Made by a program: the position numbers and the translations under genes
Assembly: GCA_965228895.1 (NCBI GenBank)
Contig: OZ245842.1
Location: 2,976,001-3,040,000 of the forward strand
From: Alphaproteobacteria bacterium
GTDB taxonomy: Bacteria > Pseudomonadota > Alphaproteobacteria > SP197
Reading direction: 5' to 3'
Length of the DNA stretch: 64,000 bases
The notes under the pieces: model-generated
What the model saw: only the letters and a program-made list of their open reading frames with translations
What the model was told of the DNA's origin: nothing
The model's database searches: none
Shown: piece by piece, positions 19,783 through 28,115 of the stretch
Layout: each line of letters begins with the position of its first letter
How positions within the stretch are numbered: position 1 is the first letter of the stretch

Positions 19783-20088
19783 ATGGCCAAAGCCACCGTC
19801 GTCTATTGGCGCGATATTCCCGCGCAGGTCATCGTCAAGGCCGGGCGCAAGAACGCCAAGCGCGTCCTGCCTGAACGCTTCGAGAAAGCAATCGACCAAG
19901 CAGCGATGCTCGCCAAGCTCTCCGGCACGGACGCCTATCTCGAACAATGGCGCCGCGGCGATGCCGTCGAGTGCGGCGATGATCTGGAAGCCGAGGCCGA
20001 CCGTATGGCCACGGACCTCGATAACGCGTACCCGGACGATGTGCTGTCGGCCTATATCAAGGCCGGCGGCATGAAGCCCGAGTCCTAG
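19783..20088 (+). CDS. 'Virulence factor' domain small protein (PF13769-like)
   Basis: VYWRDIPAQV...ERFEKAIDQAAM...DAYLEQWR. Confidence 0.85.
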   Translation: MAKATVVYWRDIPAQVIVKAGRKNAKRVLPERFEKAIDQAAMLAKLSGTDAYLEQWRRGDAVECGDDLEAEADRMATDLDNAYPDDVLSAYIKAGGMKPES

Positions 20089-20104
20089 GAACAAGGTTTT
20101 GGTC

Positions 20105-21010
20105 ATGAAGTCGAACGGTACCCTGGAAAAGAAACTCGCCGCTGGTGAGTTTGTCATCACCGCCGAGACAACGCCGCCGGACGGCGCCGACGAAGCCAGC
20201 GTGATGGCCAAGGTCGACTGCCTGAAAGGGCTGGTCGATGCGGTGAACGTGACCGACGGCGCCGGCGCGCGTGCCCATATGTCGGCCATGGCCTGTGCCG
20301 CGGTGATGGCGAAGAACGGTATCGAACCTGTGCTGCAGTTCACCGTGCGCGACCGCAACCGCCTGGCAATCCAGGGCGACTTCATCGGCGGGCCGGCACT
20401 CGGCATTCCCAACATCCTGTGCCTGCACGGCGACAGCATCACCAACGGCGATCAGCCGGACGCCAAGCCGGTCGAAGACGTCGACAGCCGCGGCCTGATG
20501 TCGATGGCGCGCCAGATGCGCGACGAAGGCACATTCCCCTCGGGCCGCGAAATCGATCCTGCGCCACAACTCTTCATCGGCGCTGCCGACAGCCCGCGCG
20601 ATCCCGACCCAGATTTCAAACCGAGTGGCCTGGATGGCAAGATTGCGGCCGGCGCGGATTTCTTTCAGACCCAGTTCGCCTTCGATATCGAGGTCCTGAA
20701 ACGCTACATGGCGGTCTTGAACGATCACGGCGTGACCGAAAAGGCATACTTCATTGTCGGCGTCGGCCCGCTGGCGTCGGCCAAGTCGGCGCGCTGGATG
20801 ACCGAGAACCTGTTCGGCGTCCACGTGCCCGACGCCATCATTGCGCGGCTGGAAGGTGCCGAGGATCAGCGCGCCGAGGGCCGTAAAATCTGCGCCGAGT
20901 TGATCGAGCAGTTTCGTGACATCGACGGCATCCGTGGCGCCCATCTGATGGCGCCGCGTGGTGAAAAGGCGATTGCACAAACGCTCGTCGAGTTCGGCAT
21001 CCGCGGTTAG
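20105..21010 (+). CDS. metF: Methylenetetrahydrofolate reductase family, paralog 1
   Basis: TAETTPP, AVNVTDG, RDRNRLA, LCLHGD, KIAAGADFFQTQ, GAHLM. Confidence 0.9.
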   Translation: MKSNGTLEKKLAAGEFVITAETTPPDGADEASVMAKVDCLKGLVDAVNVTDGAGARAHMSAMACAAVMAKNGIEPVLQFTVRDRNRLAIQGDFIGGPALGIPNILCLHGDSITNGDQPDAKPVEDVDSRGLMSMARQMRDEGTFPSGREIDPAPQLFIGAADSPRDPDPDFKPSGLDGKIAAGADFFQTQFAFDIEVLKRYMAVLNDHGVTEKAYFIVGVGPLASAKSARWMTENLFGVHVPDAIIARLEGAEDQRAEGRKICAELIEQFRDIDGIRGAHLMAPRGEKAIAQTLVEFGIRG

Positions 21011-21033
21011 CCGGGCACAAGGAGAGACCCGCC

Positions 21034-21546
21034 ATGCTCGCTTTTCGCCATTGGTCGGTCCGTAACGCCAAGGGGCTGATGCGCCTCTATCGGGTTTTCG
21101 AAGGCACCATCGCGGCGTGTGAGCCCGTCGTGCGCGCGATCGGCTACGAGCGGTTGGAAAAACCCGTCGCCGTTGTCGAGCGTGGCATCAAGGGCGCCAT
21201 GTTCGATTGCCAGATGTGCGGCCAGTGCGCGCTGTCGTCGACCGGCATGTCGTGCCCGATGAACTGCCCGAAGAACCTGCGCAACGGGCCGTGCGGCGGC
21301 GTGCGCGAAGACCTGATGTGCGAGGTCAAGCCGGACATGCCGTGCGTCTGGGTCAAGGCGTGGGAAGGCAGCCAGGATATGTTCGGTGAAGCCAGCATCC
21401 TCGACGTCCAGAAACCGGTCGACAACCGGCTGAAGGGCAAGTCGTCCTGGCTGAAGGTCATCCGCGAGATCCGCGCCAAAAAGGACGGCGAGCTGACGCC
21501 GGCTAAGGCGACGGCACGAGACTTCGCTGGCGACCCCATCCGATGA
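21034..21546 (+). CDS. metV: MetV-like Fe-S/Zn subunit (MTHFR C-terminal domain)
   Basis: CQMCGQC...CPMNCPKNLRNGPCGG...CEV...CVW Cys cluster. Confidence 0.88.
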   Translation: MLAFRHWSVRNAKGLMRLYRVFEGTIAACEPVVRAIGYERLEKPVAVVERGIKGAMFDCQMCGQCALSSTGMSCPMNCPKNLRNGPCGGVREDLMCEVKPDMPCVWVKAWEGSQDMFGEASILDVQKPVDNRLKGKSSWLKVIREIRAKKDGELTPAKATARDFAGDPIR

Positions 21547-22637
21547 CCGACGACACCGATCGCGATCAACCGACCGGCCCTCTCAATGAAGGCATGGCGT
21601 ATCCGGAGATGGCCGATCCCGGGCCGATCGACCCGGGCGCGCCGCTCGAGCCCCTGCCCGGCCACACCTCGCGTGGCCGGTTGGAACGTATCCTGCGCGC
21701 CGGCGATTTTGCCGTCACCGCCGAGTTGTCGCCGCCGGATTCGGCCGATCCCATGGATGTCTTCGAGCGCGCCAGCATTTTCGATGGCTGGGTTGACGCG
21801 ATCAACGCGACCGATGGATCCGGCGCCAACTGCCACATGTCGAGCGTCGGCGTCTGTTCGCTCTTGACCCGCGTCGGTTACGCACCGGTGATGCAGATTT
21901 CGTGCCGCGACCGCAACCGTATCGCCATTCAGGGTGACGTTCTGGGTGCGGCGGCCATGGGTGTCGTCAACCTGCTGTGCCTGACCGGCGACGGCGTGCA
22001 GTGCGGCGATCAACCGGAAGCCAAACCAGTCTTCGACTTCGACTGCATGTCGCTGTTGGAAACCATCCGGACATTGCGCGACGATTCGCAACTGCTGTCC
22101 GGCCGCAAGCTCGACAAGGCGCCGGAGATCTTTCTGGGCGCGGCCGCCAATCCGTTCGCGCCGCCCTACGACTTCCGGCCGCTGCGTCTGGCCAAGAAGG
22201 TTGCCGCGGGCGCCCAGTTCGTGCAGACGCAGTACTGCTACGACGTGCCGATGCTCGAGCGCTACATGGAAAGGGTCCGTGACATGGGCCTGCACGAGAA
22301 GTGCTTCATCCTCGTCGGTGTCGGCCCCCTGGCTTCGGCCAAGGCGGCCCAGTGGATCCGCTCCAATGTGCCAGGCGTGCACATCCCCGACAGCGTGATC
22401 GACCGCCTGAAAGGCGCGGAAAAACAGAAACAGGAAGGCAAACAGTTGTGCGTCGACCTGATTCAGCAGATTCGCGAGATCGAGGGGGTTGCAGGTATTC
22501 ACCTGATGGCGTATCGCCAGGAAGAAGCCGTCGCCGAAATCATCGAACAATCGGGCGTCTTGCGGGGTCGTGCCCCTCATGCCGTTCATCCCACCATTCC
22601 CGGCTACATGCGGGATAGAGCAAAGGCCCCCCAATGA
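21543..22637 (+). CDS. metF: Methylenetetrahydrofolate reductase family, paralog 2
   Basis: TAELSPP, AINATDG, CRDRNRIA, LTGD, KKVAAGAQFVQTQ, GIHLM; ATGA overlap with metV. Confidence 0.9.
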   Translation: MTDDTDRDQPTGPLNEGMAYPEMADPGPIDPGAPLEPLPGHTSRGRLERILRAGDFAVTAELSPPDSADPMDVFERASIFDGWVDAINATDGSGANCHMSSVGVCSLLTRVGYAPVMQISCRDRNRIAIQGDVLGAAAMGVVNLLCLTGDGVQCGDQPEAKPVFDFDCMSLLETIRTLRDDSQLLSGRKLDKAPEIFLGAAANPFAPPYDFRPLRLAKKVAAGAQFVQTQYCYDVPMLERYMERVRDMGLHEKCFILVGVGPLASAKAAQWIRSNVPGVHIPDSVIDRLKGAEKQKQEGKQLCVDLIQQIREIEGVAGIHLMAYRQEEAVAEIIEQSGVLRGRAPHAVHPTIPGYMRDRAKAPQ

Positions 22638-23551
22638 CCGACACCGTCATCAGCTCAGCGACCAAAGAAGTCGTCATCGGTTTCGACCGCCCGTTCACCG
22701 TCATCGGCGAACGCATCAACCCGACCGGGCGCAAGAAGCTGGCCGAGGAAATGGCCGCCGGCGACTATAGCCGCGTCGAGTCCGACACCCTGGCCCAGGT
22801 CGCCGCCGGCGCCCATATGCTGGACGTCAATGCCGGCGTACCGCTGGCCGACGAACCGCAGATGCTGGCCGACAGCATCCAGCTCGTGCAGTCACTGACC
22901 GACGTGCCGCTGTCGATCGACAGCTCCATCGTCGCGGCGCTCGAAAAAGGCCTGTCGGTCTATCAGGGCAAGGCGCTGGTCAACTCGGTGACCGGCGAAG
23001 AAGAGCGCCTTGAGGTCGTTCTGCCGCTGGTCAAAAAATACGGCGCTGCCGTTGTCGCGATCTCCAACGACGAAACCGGCATTTCCGAAGATCCGGATGA
23101 ACGTTACGCGGTCGCCAAGATGATTGTCGAGCGTGCCGAGGATCACGGCATTCCGCGTTCCGACGTGGTCGTCGATCCGCTCGTCATGCCGATCGGTGCG
23201 ATCGGCGAAGCCGGGCGCACGTCCTTTGCCATTCTGCGCCGTCTTCGCGAGGAGCTGAAGGTCAACACGACATGCGGCGCGTCGAACATCTCGTTCGGCC
23301 TGCCGGCCCGTCCGCAACTGAACGCAGCGTTCCTGGGCATGGCGATGTCGAACGGCATGACGTCGGCGATCACCAATCCTCTGGAATCGGAGATCATGGA
23401 CGGCATCATGGCCGCCGATGTCATGATGGGCACCGACAAGAACTGCCGCTCGTGGATCAAGAAACATTCCGGTGCAACCCGCGCCGCCGGTGGCGCCGAT
23501 GTGGCGGAAGCCCGCGCCAAGCGCCGGGAGGGCCGCCGCCGTCGTGGCTGA
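22634..23551 (+). CDS. Pterin-binding methyl-THF:corrinoid methyltransferase (AcsE/MeTr-like; equivalent to the MetH folate domain)
   Basis: IGERINPTGRK, LDVNAG, PLSIDSS, LVNSV, VDPL, GASNISFGLP. Confidence 0.93.
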   Translation: MTDTVISSATKEVVIGFDRPFTVIGERINPTGRKKLAEEMAAGDYSRVESDTLAQVAAGAHMLDVNAGVPLADEPQMLADSIQLVQSLTDVPLSIDSSIVAALEKGLSVYQGKALVNSVTGEEERLEVVLPLVKKYGAAVVAISNDETGISEDPDERYAVAKMIVERAEDHGIPRSDVVVDPLVMPIGAIGEAGRTSFAILRRLREELKVNTTCGASNISFGLPARPQLNAAFLGMAMSNGMTSAITNPLESEIMDGIMAADVMMGTDKNCRSWIKKHSGATRAAGGADVAEARAKRREGRRRRG

Positions 23552-25538
23552 CGATCCGCTTGTTGTTTTCACCCCATCGGGCCGGCGTGGCAACTTCCGC
23601 CGCGGCACGAACCTGTTGCAGGCAGCGCGCGAGTTGGGCGTCGACCTGGATTCGGTGTGCGGCGGTCGCGGCATCTGCACGCGCTGCCAGGTCACCATTG
23701 GCGAAGGCGAGTTCGCCAAGCACGGCATTTCGTCCTCCAACGATCACCTGACACCGTTTACCGAGCCGGAACTTCGCCAACAGAAGTCCGGTCAGCTCAA
23801 ATCCGGCCGGCGCCTGTCTTGCCAGTCACGCATCGGCGGCGATCTCGTCGTTGACGTGCCGCCGGAATCGCAAGTCCACAAACAGGTCGTCCGAAAACGC
23901 GCGGAGGCACGCGCGGTCAAACTGAACCCTGTCGTCCACCTGCACTATGTCGAGGTGACGCCACCGGACATGCACGAACCGGCCGCGCACCTGCGACGCC
24001 TGAAACAGGCGTTGAAGGAACAATGGGACATCGATGCCGAGACCGCCGACATCCCGCTCCTTCAAAAGCTCAACAAGACGCTGGAGGAAGGCGAGTACAA
24101 GGTCACGGTCTTCCTGCGCGAGGGCAAGCGTATCCTGGATGTCCGTCCGGGTTTCTACGACAAACTGTTCGGCATGGCGGTGGATGTCGGCTCGACCACC
24201 ATCGCCGCCCATCTGTGTGATCTGCAGACCGGCGAGGTCGTCGCCTCGGCGGGGCGCATGAACCCGCAGATCCGCTTCGGCGAAGACCTGATGAGCCGGG
24301 TCAGCTACGTGATGATGAACCCGGGCGGCGACGAAGAGATGACCGCGGCGGTGCGCGAGTCGTTGAACGAACTGGCGCTGGAGACGGCCAAGGAAGCCGG
24401 CATTAACCCACTCGACATCATGGAAGTCACGATCGCCGGCAACCCGATCATGCATCATCTGGTGCTGGGTATCGATCCGACGCCGCTGGGCTTCGCGCCG
24501 TTCGCGCTATCGACCGACGAATCGACGGAGCTTTGGGCGAGCGAGATCGACCTGCATCTGAACCCGGGCACCAGGGTCTATGTGCTGCCCTGTATCGCCG
24601 GTCATGTCGGCGCCGATGCGGCCGGTGTGGTGTTGTCGGAGATGCCTTATCACGCCGATGACATGACCTTGATCGTCGATGTCGGCACCAACGCCGAAAT
24701 CATCCTGGGCAACAAGGACCGCCTGCTCGCAGCATCGAGCCCGACCGGACCGGCGTTCGAAGGCGCCCAGGTCAGCAGCGGCCAGCGCGCCGCGCCGGGC
24801 GCCATCGAACGGGTGCGCATCGACCCGGAGACGCTGGAGCCGCGGTTCAAGGTGATCGGCGACGACACCTGGTCCGACGATCCCGATTTTGCGTCGACGC
24901 CGACCGGCATCTGCGGTTCCGGCATTATCGAGGTCTTGGCCGAGATGTACCTGACCGGCCTGTTGACCACCGATGGTGTGATCGACGGCGCCATGGCCGA
25001 ACGCACGCCGCGCCTGATCCAGCAGGACCGCACTTACGCCTATGTGATCCACGAGGGCAACCCGACGATCACGGTGACCCAGAACGACATCCGCCAGATC
25101 CAGCTCGCCAAGGGCGCGCTTTATGCCGGTGCCCGGCTGCTGATGGACCACATGGGTATCGAGACCGTCGACCGGGTGACGCTGGCCGGCGCCTTCGGCA
25201 GTCATATCGATACCAAGTACGCGATGATCCTGGGCATGATCCCCGACTGCGATCTCGCCAAAGTGGGCAGCGCCGGCAACGCGGCGGGTACCGGCGCGCG
25301 CATCGCATTGCTCAACAAGGACGCGCGTCGCGAGCTAGAAGAAGTCGTCCGCGACATCGAGAAGATTGAGACCGCGGTGGAGGCGAAGTTCCAGGAACAC
25401 TTCGTCGAAGCCATGGCGATCCCGCACAAGACCGCGCCCTACCCCAACCTGAACAAAGCGGTCACCCTGCCGGAACCGAAGTTCGCGGCAACGGACGAAG
25501 AAAACCCGCGCCGGCGCCGCCGCCGCAAGGCAGGTTGA
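23544..25538 (+). CDS. ATP-dependent reductive activator of corrinoid proteins (RACo/RamA-like ASKHA, DUF4445) with N-terminal 2Fe-2S domain
   Basis: CGGRGICTRC...SCQ, DVGSTT, NPQIRFGEDLMSR, DVGTNAE, GPAFEG, GICGSG, GNAAGTG; GTG start overlaps the upstream stop. Confidence 0.93.
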   Translation: MADDPLVVFTPSGRRGNFRRGTNLLQAARELGVDLDSVCGGRGICTRCQVTIGEGEFAKHGISSSNDHLTPFTEPELRQQKSGQLKSGRRLSCQSRIGGDLVVDVPPESQVHKQVVRKRAEARAVKLNPVVHLHYVEVTPPDMHEPAAHLRRLKQALKEQWDIDAETADIPLLQKLNKTLEEGEYKVTVFLREGKRILDVRPGFYDKLFGMAVDVGSTTIAAHLCDLQTGEVVASAGRMNPQIRFGEDLMSRVSYVMMNPGGDEEMTAAVRESLNELALETAKEAGINPLDIMEVTIAGNPIMHHLVLGIDPTPLGFAPFALSTDESTELWASEIDLHLNPGTRVYVLPCIAGHVGADAAGVVLSEMPYHADDMTLIVDVGTNAEIILGNKDRLLAASSPTGPAFEGAQVSSGQRAAPGAIERVRIDPETLEPRFKVIGDDTWSDDPDFASTPTGICGSGIIEVLAEMYLTGLLTTDGVIDGAMAERTPRLIQQDRTYAYVIHEGNPTITVTQNDIRQIQLAKGALYAGARLLMDHMGIETVDRVTLAGAFGSHIDTKYAMILGMIPDCDLAKVGSAGNAAGTGARIALLNKDARRELEEVVRDIEKIETAVEAKFQEHFVEAMAIPHKTAPYPNLNKAVTLPEPKFAATDEENPRRRRRRKAG

Positions 25539-25593
25539 GCATTTGCCAAAAACACCGCTCCTCTAGAAACGGCGCAACAAGGGTGAGCGCGCT

Positions 25594-26472
25594 GTGAACT
25601 TCGTGACCGATGTCCTGCTACCGCTGGCACTGGCGTTCATCATGCTGACCATGGGGCTGGCGCTGACGCCCCGTGACTTCTTTCGTGTCGTGCGCCAGCC
25701 GCGCGCCGCCGTCATCGGCCTGGTCGCCCAAATCATCGCGCTGCCCCTGATCGCGTTTGTCATGATCGTGGCCTGGCGCGCGGTTGGCGTCATGGACCCG
25801 GTGCTGGCGGTCGGTTTCATGATCATCGCAGCCTGTCCGGGCGGTGTTACCTCCAACTTGCTGACCCATCTGGCGCGCGGCGACACCGCGCTGTCGATCA
25901 GCCTGACGGCGGTCACCAGCGTCTTGGCCGGCATCACCATCCCGCTGATCGTGACAGCGTCCAACGCCTGGTTTCTGGGCGCCGACGCGCCACCCCTTCC
26001 CCTGTTCGGTACGATCGTCGGCATCTTTGGCATCGTGACCGTGCCGGTCCTGATCGGCATGGCGATCAAAGGCGTGCGGCCGACGTTCGCCGCACGCATT
26101 GAGCCGGCCTGTCGCCACGCTGCGACGGCGCTCTTTGTCATTATCGTGATTGCCGCCGTCGCCGCCGAATGGCAACTCCTGACCACCCATTTCAACGAGA
26201 TCGGCCCGCCGGTTCTGGTGCTCAATCTCGTCTGCATGGTCATGGGCTGGTCGCTGGCCAGGGCCGCCCGCTTGGGGCGCGATCAATCGGTCGCCATCAC
26301 GCTGGAGGCCGGCCTGCAGAACGGCACGCTCGCCGTCTTGATCGCGGCCACCTTCTTGGGCAATGAACTAATGGTCGTGCCGGGCGCGGTCTATAGCCTG
26401 GTCATGTTCTTCACCGCGGGCGTCTACGTTGCGACATCAGCGGCGCGACGGCCGGCGACCAGCGAGACCTGA
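25594..26472 (+). CDS. Bile acid:sodium symporter (SBF/BASS) family transporter
   Basis: MGLAL, CPGGVTSN, GDTALS, EAGLQNG. Confidence 0.9.
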   Translation: MNFVTDVLLPLALAFIMLTMGLALTPRDFFRVVRQPRAAVIGLVAQIIALPLIAFVMIVAWRAVGVMDPVLAVGFMIIAACPGGVTSNLLTHLARGDTALSISLTAVTSVLAGITIPLIVTASNAWFLGADAPPLPLFGTIVGIFGIVTVPVLIGMAIKGVRPTFAARIEPACRHAATALFVIIVIAAVAAEWQLLTTHFNEIGPPVLVLNLVCMVMGWSLARAARLGRDQSVAITLEAGLQNGTLAVLIAATFLGNELMVVPGAVYSLVMFFTAGVYVATSAARRPATSET

Positions 26473-26520
26473 AACCACGGCCGCGCTCCCGCGCAACGCG
26501 CCCGTCTACCGGTTCAACGG

Positions 26521-27138
26521 TCAGGCCTTCAGCCGTTCGTCAATAAAGTCGTGGCACACCTGGATCGCGCCCTTGCGGTCGACGGCGCCGACCTCGAGTG
26601 AGAGATCCAGCCAAAGGCCATCGATAAGCGCAACGAGCCCAATTGATGCGCGCGACGCATCGATGTCGCGGCCAAGCTGCACTGCCGCCCGGTCAAAAAG
26701 CTTCTCGGCGCGTTCGCGGTAGCCGACATAGAGCTCGCGGTTGGCGTCGCGCACGGCGGGGTTGAAACGGATCTCGTGCCAAAGGGCAAGGAACGCGGCA
26801 CGGTTGGTTGGCGAGAAGACGGTTGTCGAGAACATCCCGCGCGGCCAGGCGTAGAGTCTGGCGACCATATCGTCGCCGGCCGCCGCGATCGCCTTGCTGG
26901 TGCCCTCGACGATACGCCCGAACAGGTGCTGCAGGGCGGCGACCAAAAGCTCGTCCTTGTTGGCATAGTAGTGCCCGATAAGGCCGTGCGACGTCCCCGC
27001 CTCCTTCGTGATGGCCCGCACCGTCGCACCGGCGACACCCTTCTTGGCCAGCATGTCGATGGTCGCTTCCATCAACAACCGCCGCCGGTACTCGTTGATC
27101 TCCGGTTGGGTTCTCGGCCGCTGCTCGGTCCGTGCCAT
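26521..27138 (-). CDS. TetR family regulator, BetI-like
   Basis: N-terminal HTH (ATVRAITKEAGTSHGLIGHYYANKDELL); C-terminal ALIDGLWL. Confidence 0.85.
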   Translation of the reverse strand: MARTEQRPRTQPEINEYRRRLLMEATIDMLAKKGVAGATVRAITKEAGTSHGLIGHYYANKDELLVAALQHLFGRIVEGTSKAIAAAGDDMVARLYAWPRGMFSTTVFSPTNRAAFLALWHEIRFNPAVRDANRELYVGYRERAEKLFDRAAVQLGRDIDASRASIGLVALIDGLWLDLSLEVGAVDRKGAIQVCHDFIDERLKA

Positions 27139-27205
27139 TCGGATTCCTGAAAAAAGACTGGCTGGTCACCGAAACTAGCCGATTCGATCGGTGTGTCCAA
27201 CTTTT

Positions 27206-27223
27206 CCTGGACAAGTGTCCAGG
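27206..27223. promoter_or_regulatory. Palindromic operator, probably for the adjacent TetR
   Basis: CCTGGACA-AG-TGTCCAGG between divergent tetR and dioxygenase genes; extra half-site TGTCCAA at 27194-27200. Confidence 0.65.
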
Positions 27224-27269
27224 TTTTGCTATTTTGCGATAATCAAAGATTGAATCATGGGGTGACACG

Positions 27270-28115
27270 ATGAGCGCCACGGTGATCCGTCTGCCCGGAC
27301 ACAGCACGGCGGCCACGATCAGCCAGCTCTTGGACCGCGACGGCGTGGTCATTGTCGAGGACTTCTTCTCGGCCTCCTGGCTCAAGCGCTACAACGGCGA
27401 GGTCCAGCCGCTGATCGACAACCATCGGCGGACATACACCGGGGTCGAGGCGTTCGACGACTTCCTGGGCTACAAGACTGTGAGAATGCAGGGGCTGGCG
27501 GCCAAGACGCCGTCGTTCATCGACGCGTTTGTCGACGACCGGCTGCTTGCGGTCATGGATCACCTGCTGTTGCCGCTCTGCACGAGTTACCTGCTTTCAG
27601 CAGGCGAACTGATCGAGATCAGAAGCCAGGAGACGTCGCAAAGGCTGCACACCGACAACAACTCCTGGCCAACACCGATCCAGAACATGGGCCCGCTCGT
27701 CGCCAATGCCATGGTCGCGCTAACTGACTTTACTGATGACAACGGCGCCACCCTTGTCGTCCCCGGCAGTCACCTGTGGGCCAAGGGCCACCTGCCGGAA
27801 CCAGACGATATCGCCAAGGCCGCCATGCCGGCGGGGTCCGTCGCGATCTTCACCGGGGACACCATTCACGCCGGCGGCACCAGCACGTCCGACGACATCC
27901 GGCGCGGCCTCTCGATCTCCTACTGCGCGGGCTGGCTGCGTCCGGTCGAGAACCATTTCCTGAACCTGGACGTTGATGCGGTGCGCGCCATGCCGGACGC
28001 TGCCCGCGCCCTGCTCGGCTACGATGTTTATGACGGCACGGGCCGCGGCAACGGCGTACTCGGGTACTATGAGATGGGCAGCCCGAAAGACCTGTTCAAA
28101 GACGCCGCCGACTAA
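27270..28115 (+). CDS. Phytanoyl-CoA dioxygenase (PhyH) family Fe(II)/2OG oxygenase
   Basis: QRLHTD, ALTDFT..NGAT..VPGSH, HAGG, and R..L...Y...WLRP.EN. Confidence 0.88.
   Translation: MSATVIRLPGHSTAATISQLLDRDGVVIVEDFFSASWLKRYNGEVQPLIDNHRRTYTGVEAFDDFLGYKTVRMQGLAAKTPSFIDAFVDDRLLAVMDHLLLPLCTSYLLSAGELIEIRSQETSQRLHTDNNSWPTPIQNMGPLVANAMVALTDFTDDNGATLVVPGSHLWAKGHLPEPDDIAKAAMPAGSVAIFTGDTIHAGGTSTSDDIRRGLSISYCAGWLRPVENHFLNLDVDAVRAMPDAARALLGYDVYDGTGRGNGVLGYYEMGSPKDLFKDAAD

Noticed and set aside
19783-20088. Pathogenicity role for the 'virulence factor' protein
   Set aside because: The name is a family label; its context here is purely folate/corrinoid metabolism.
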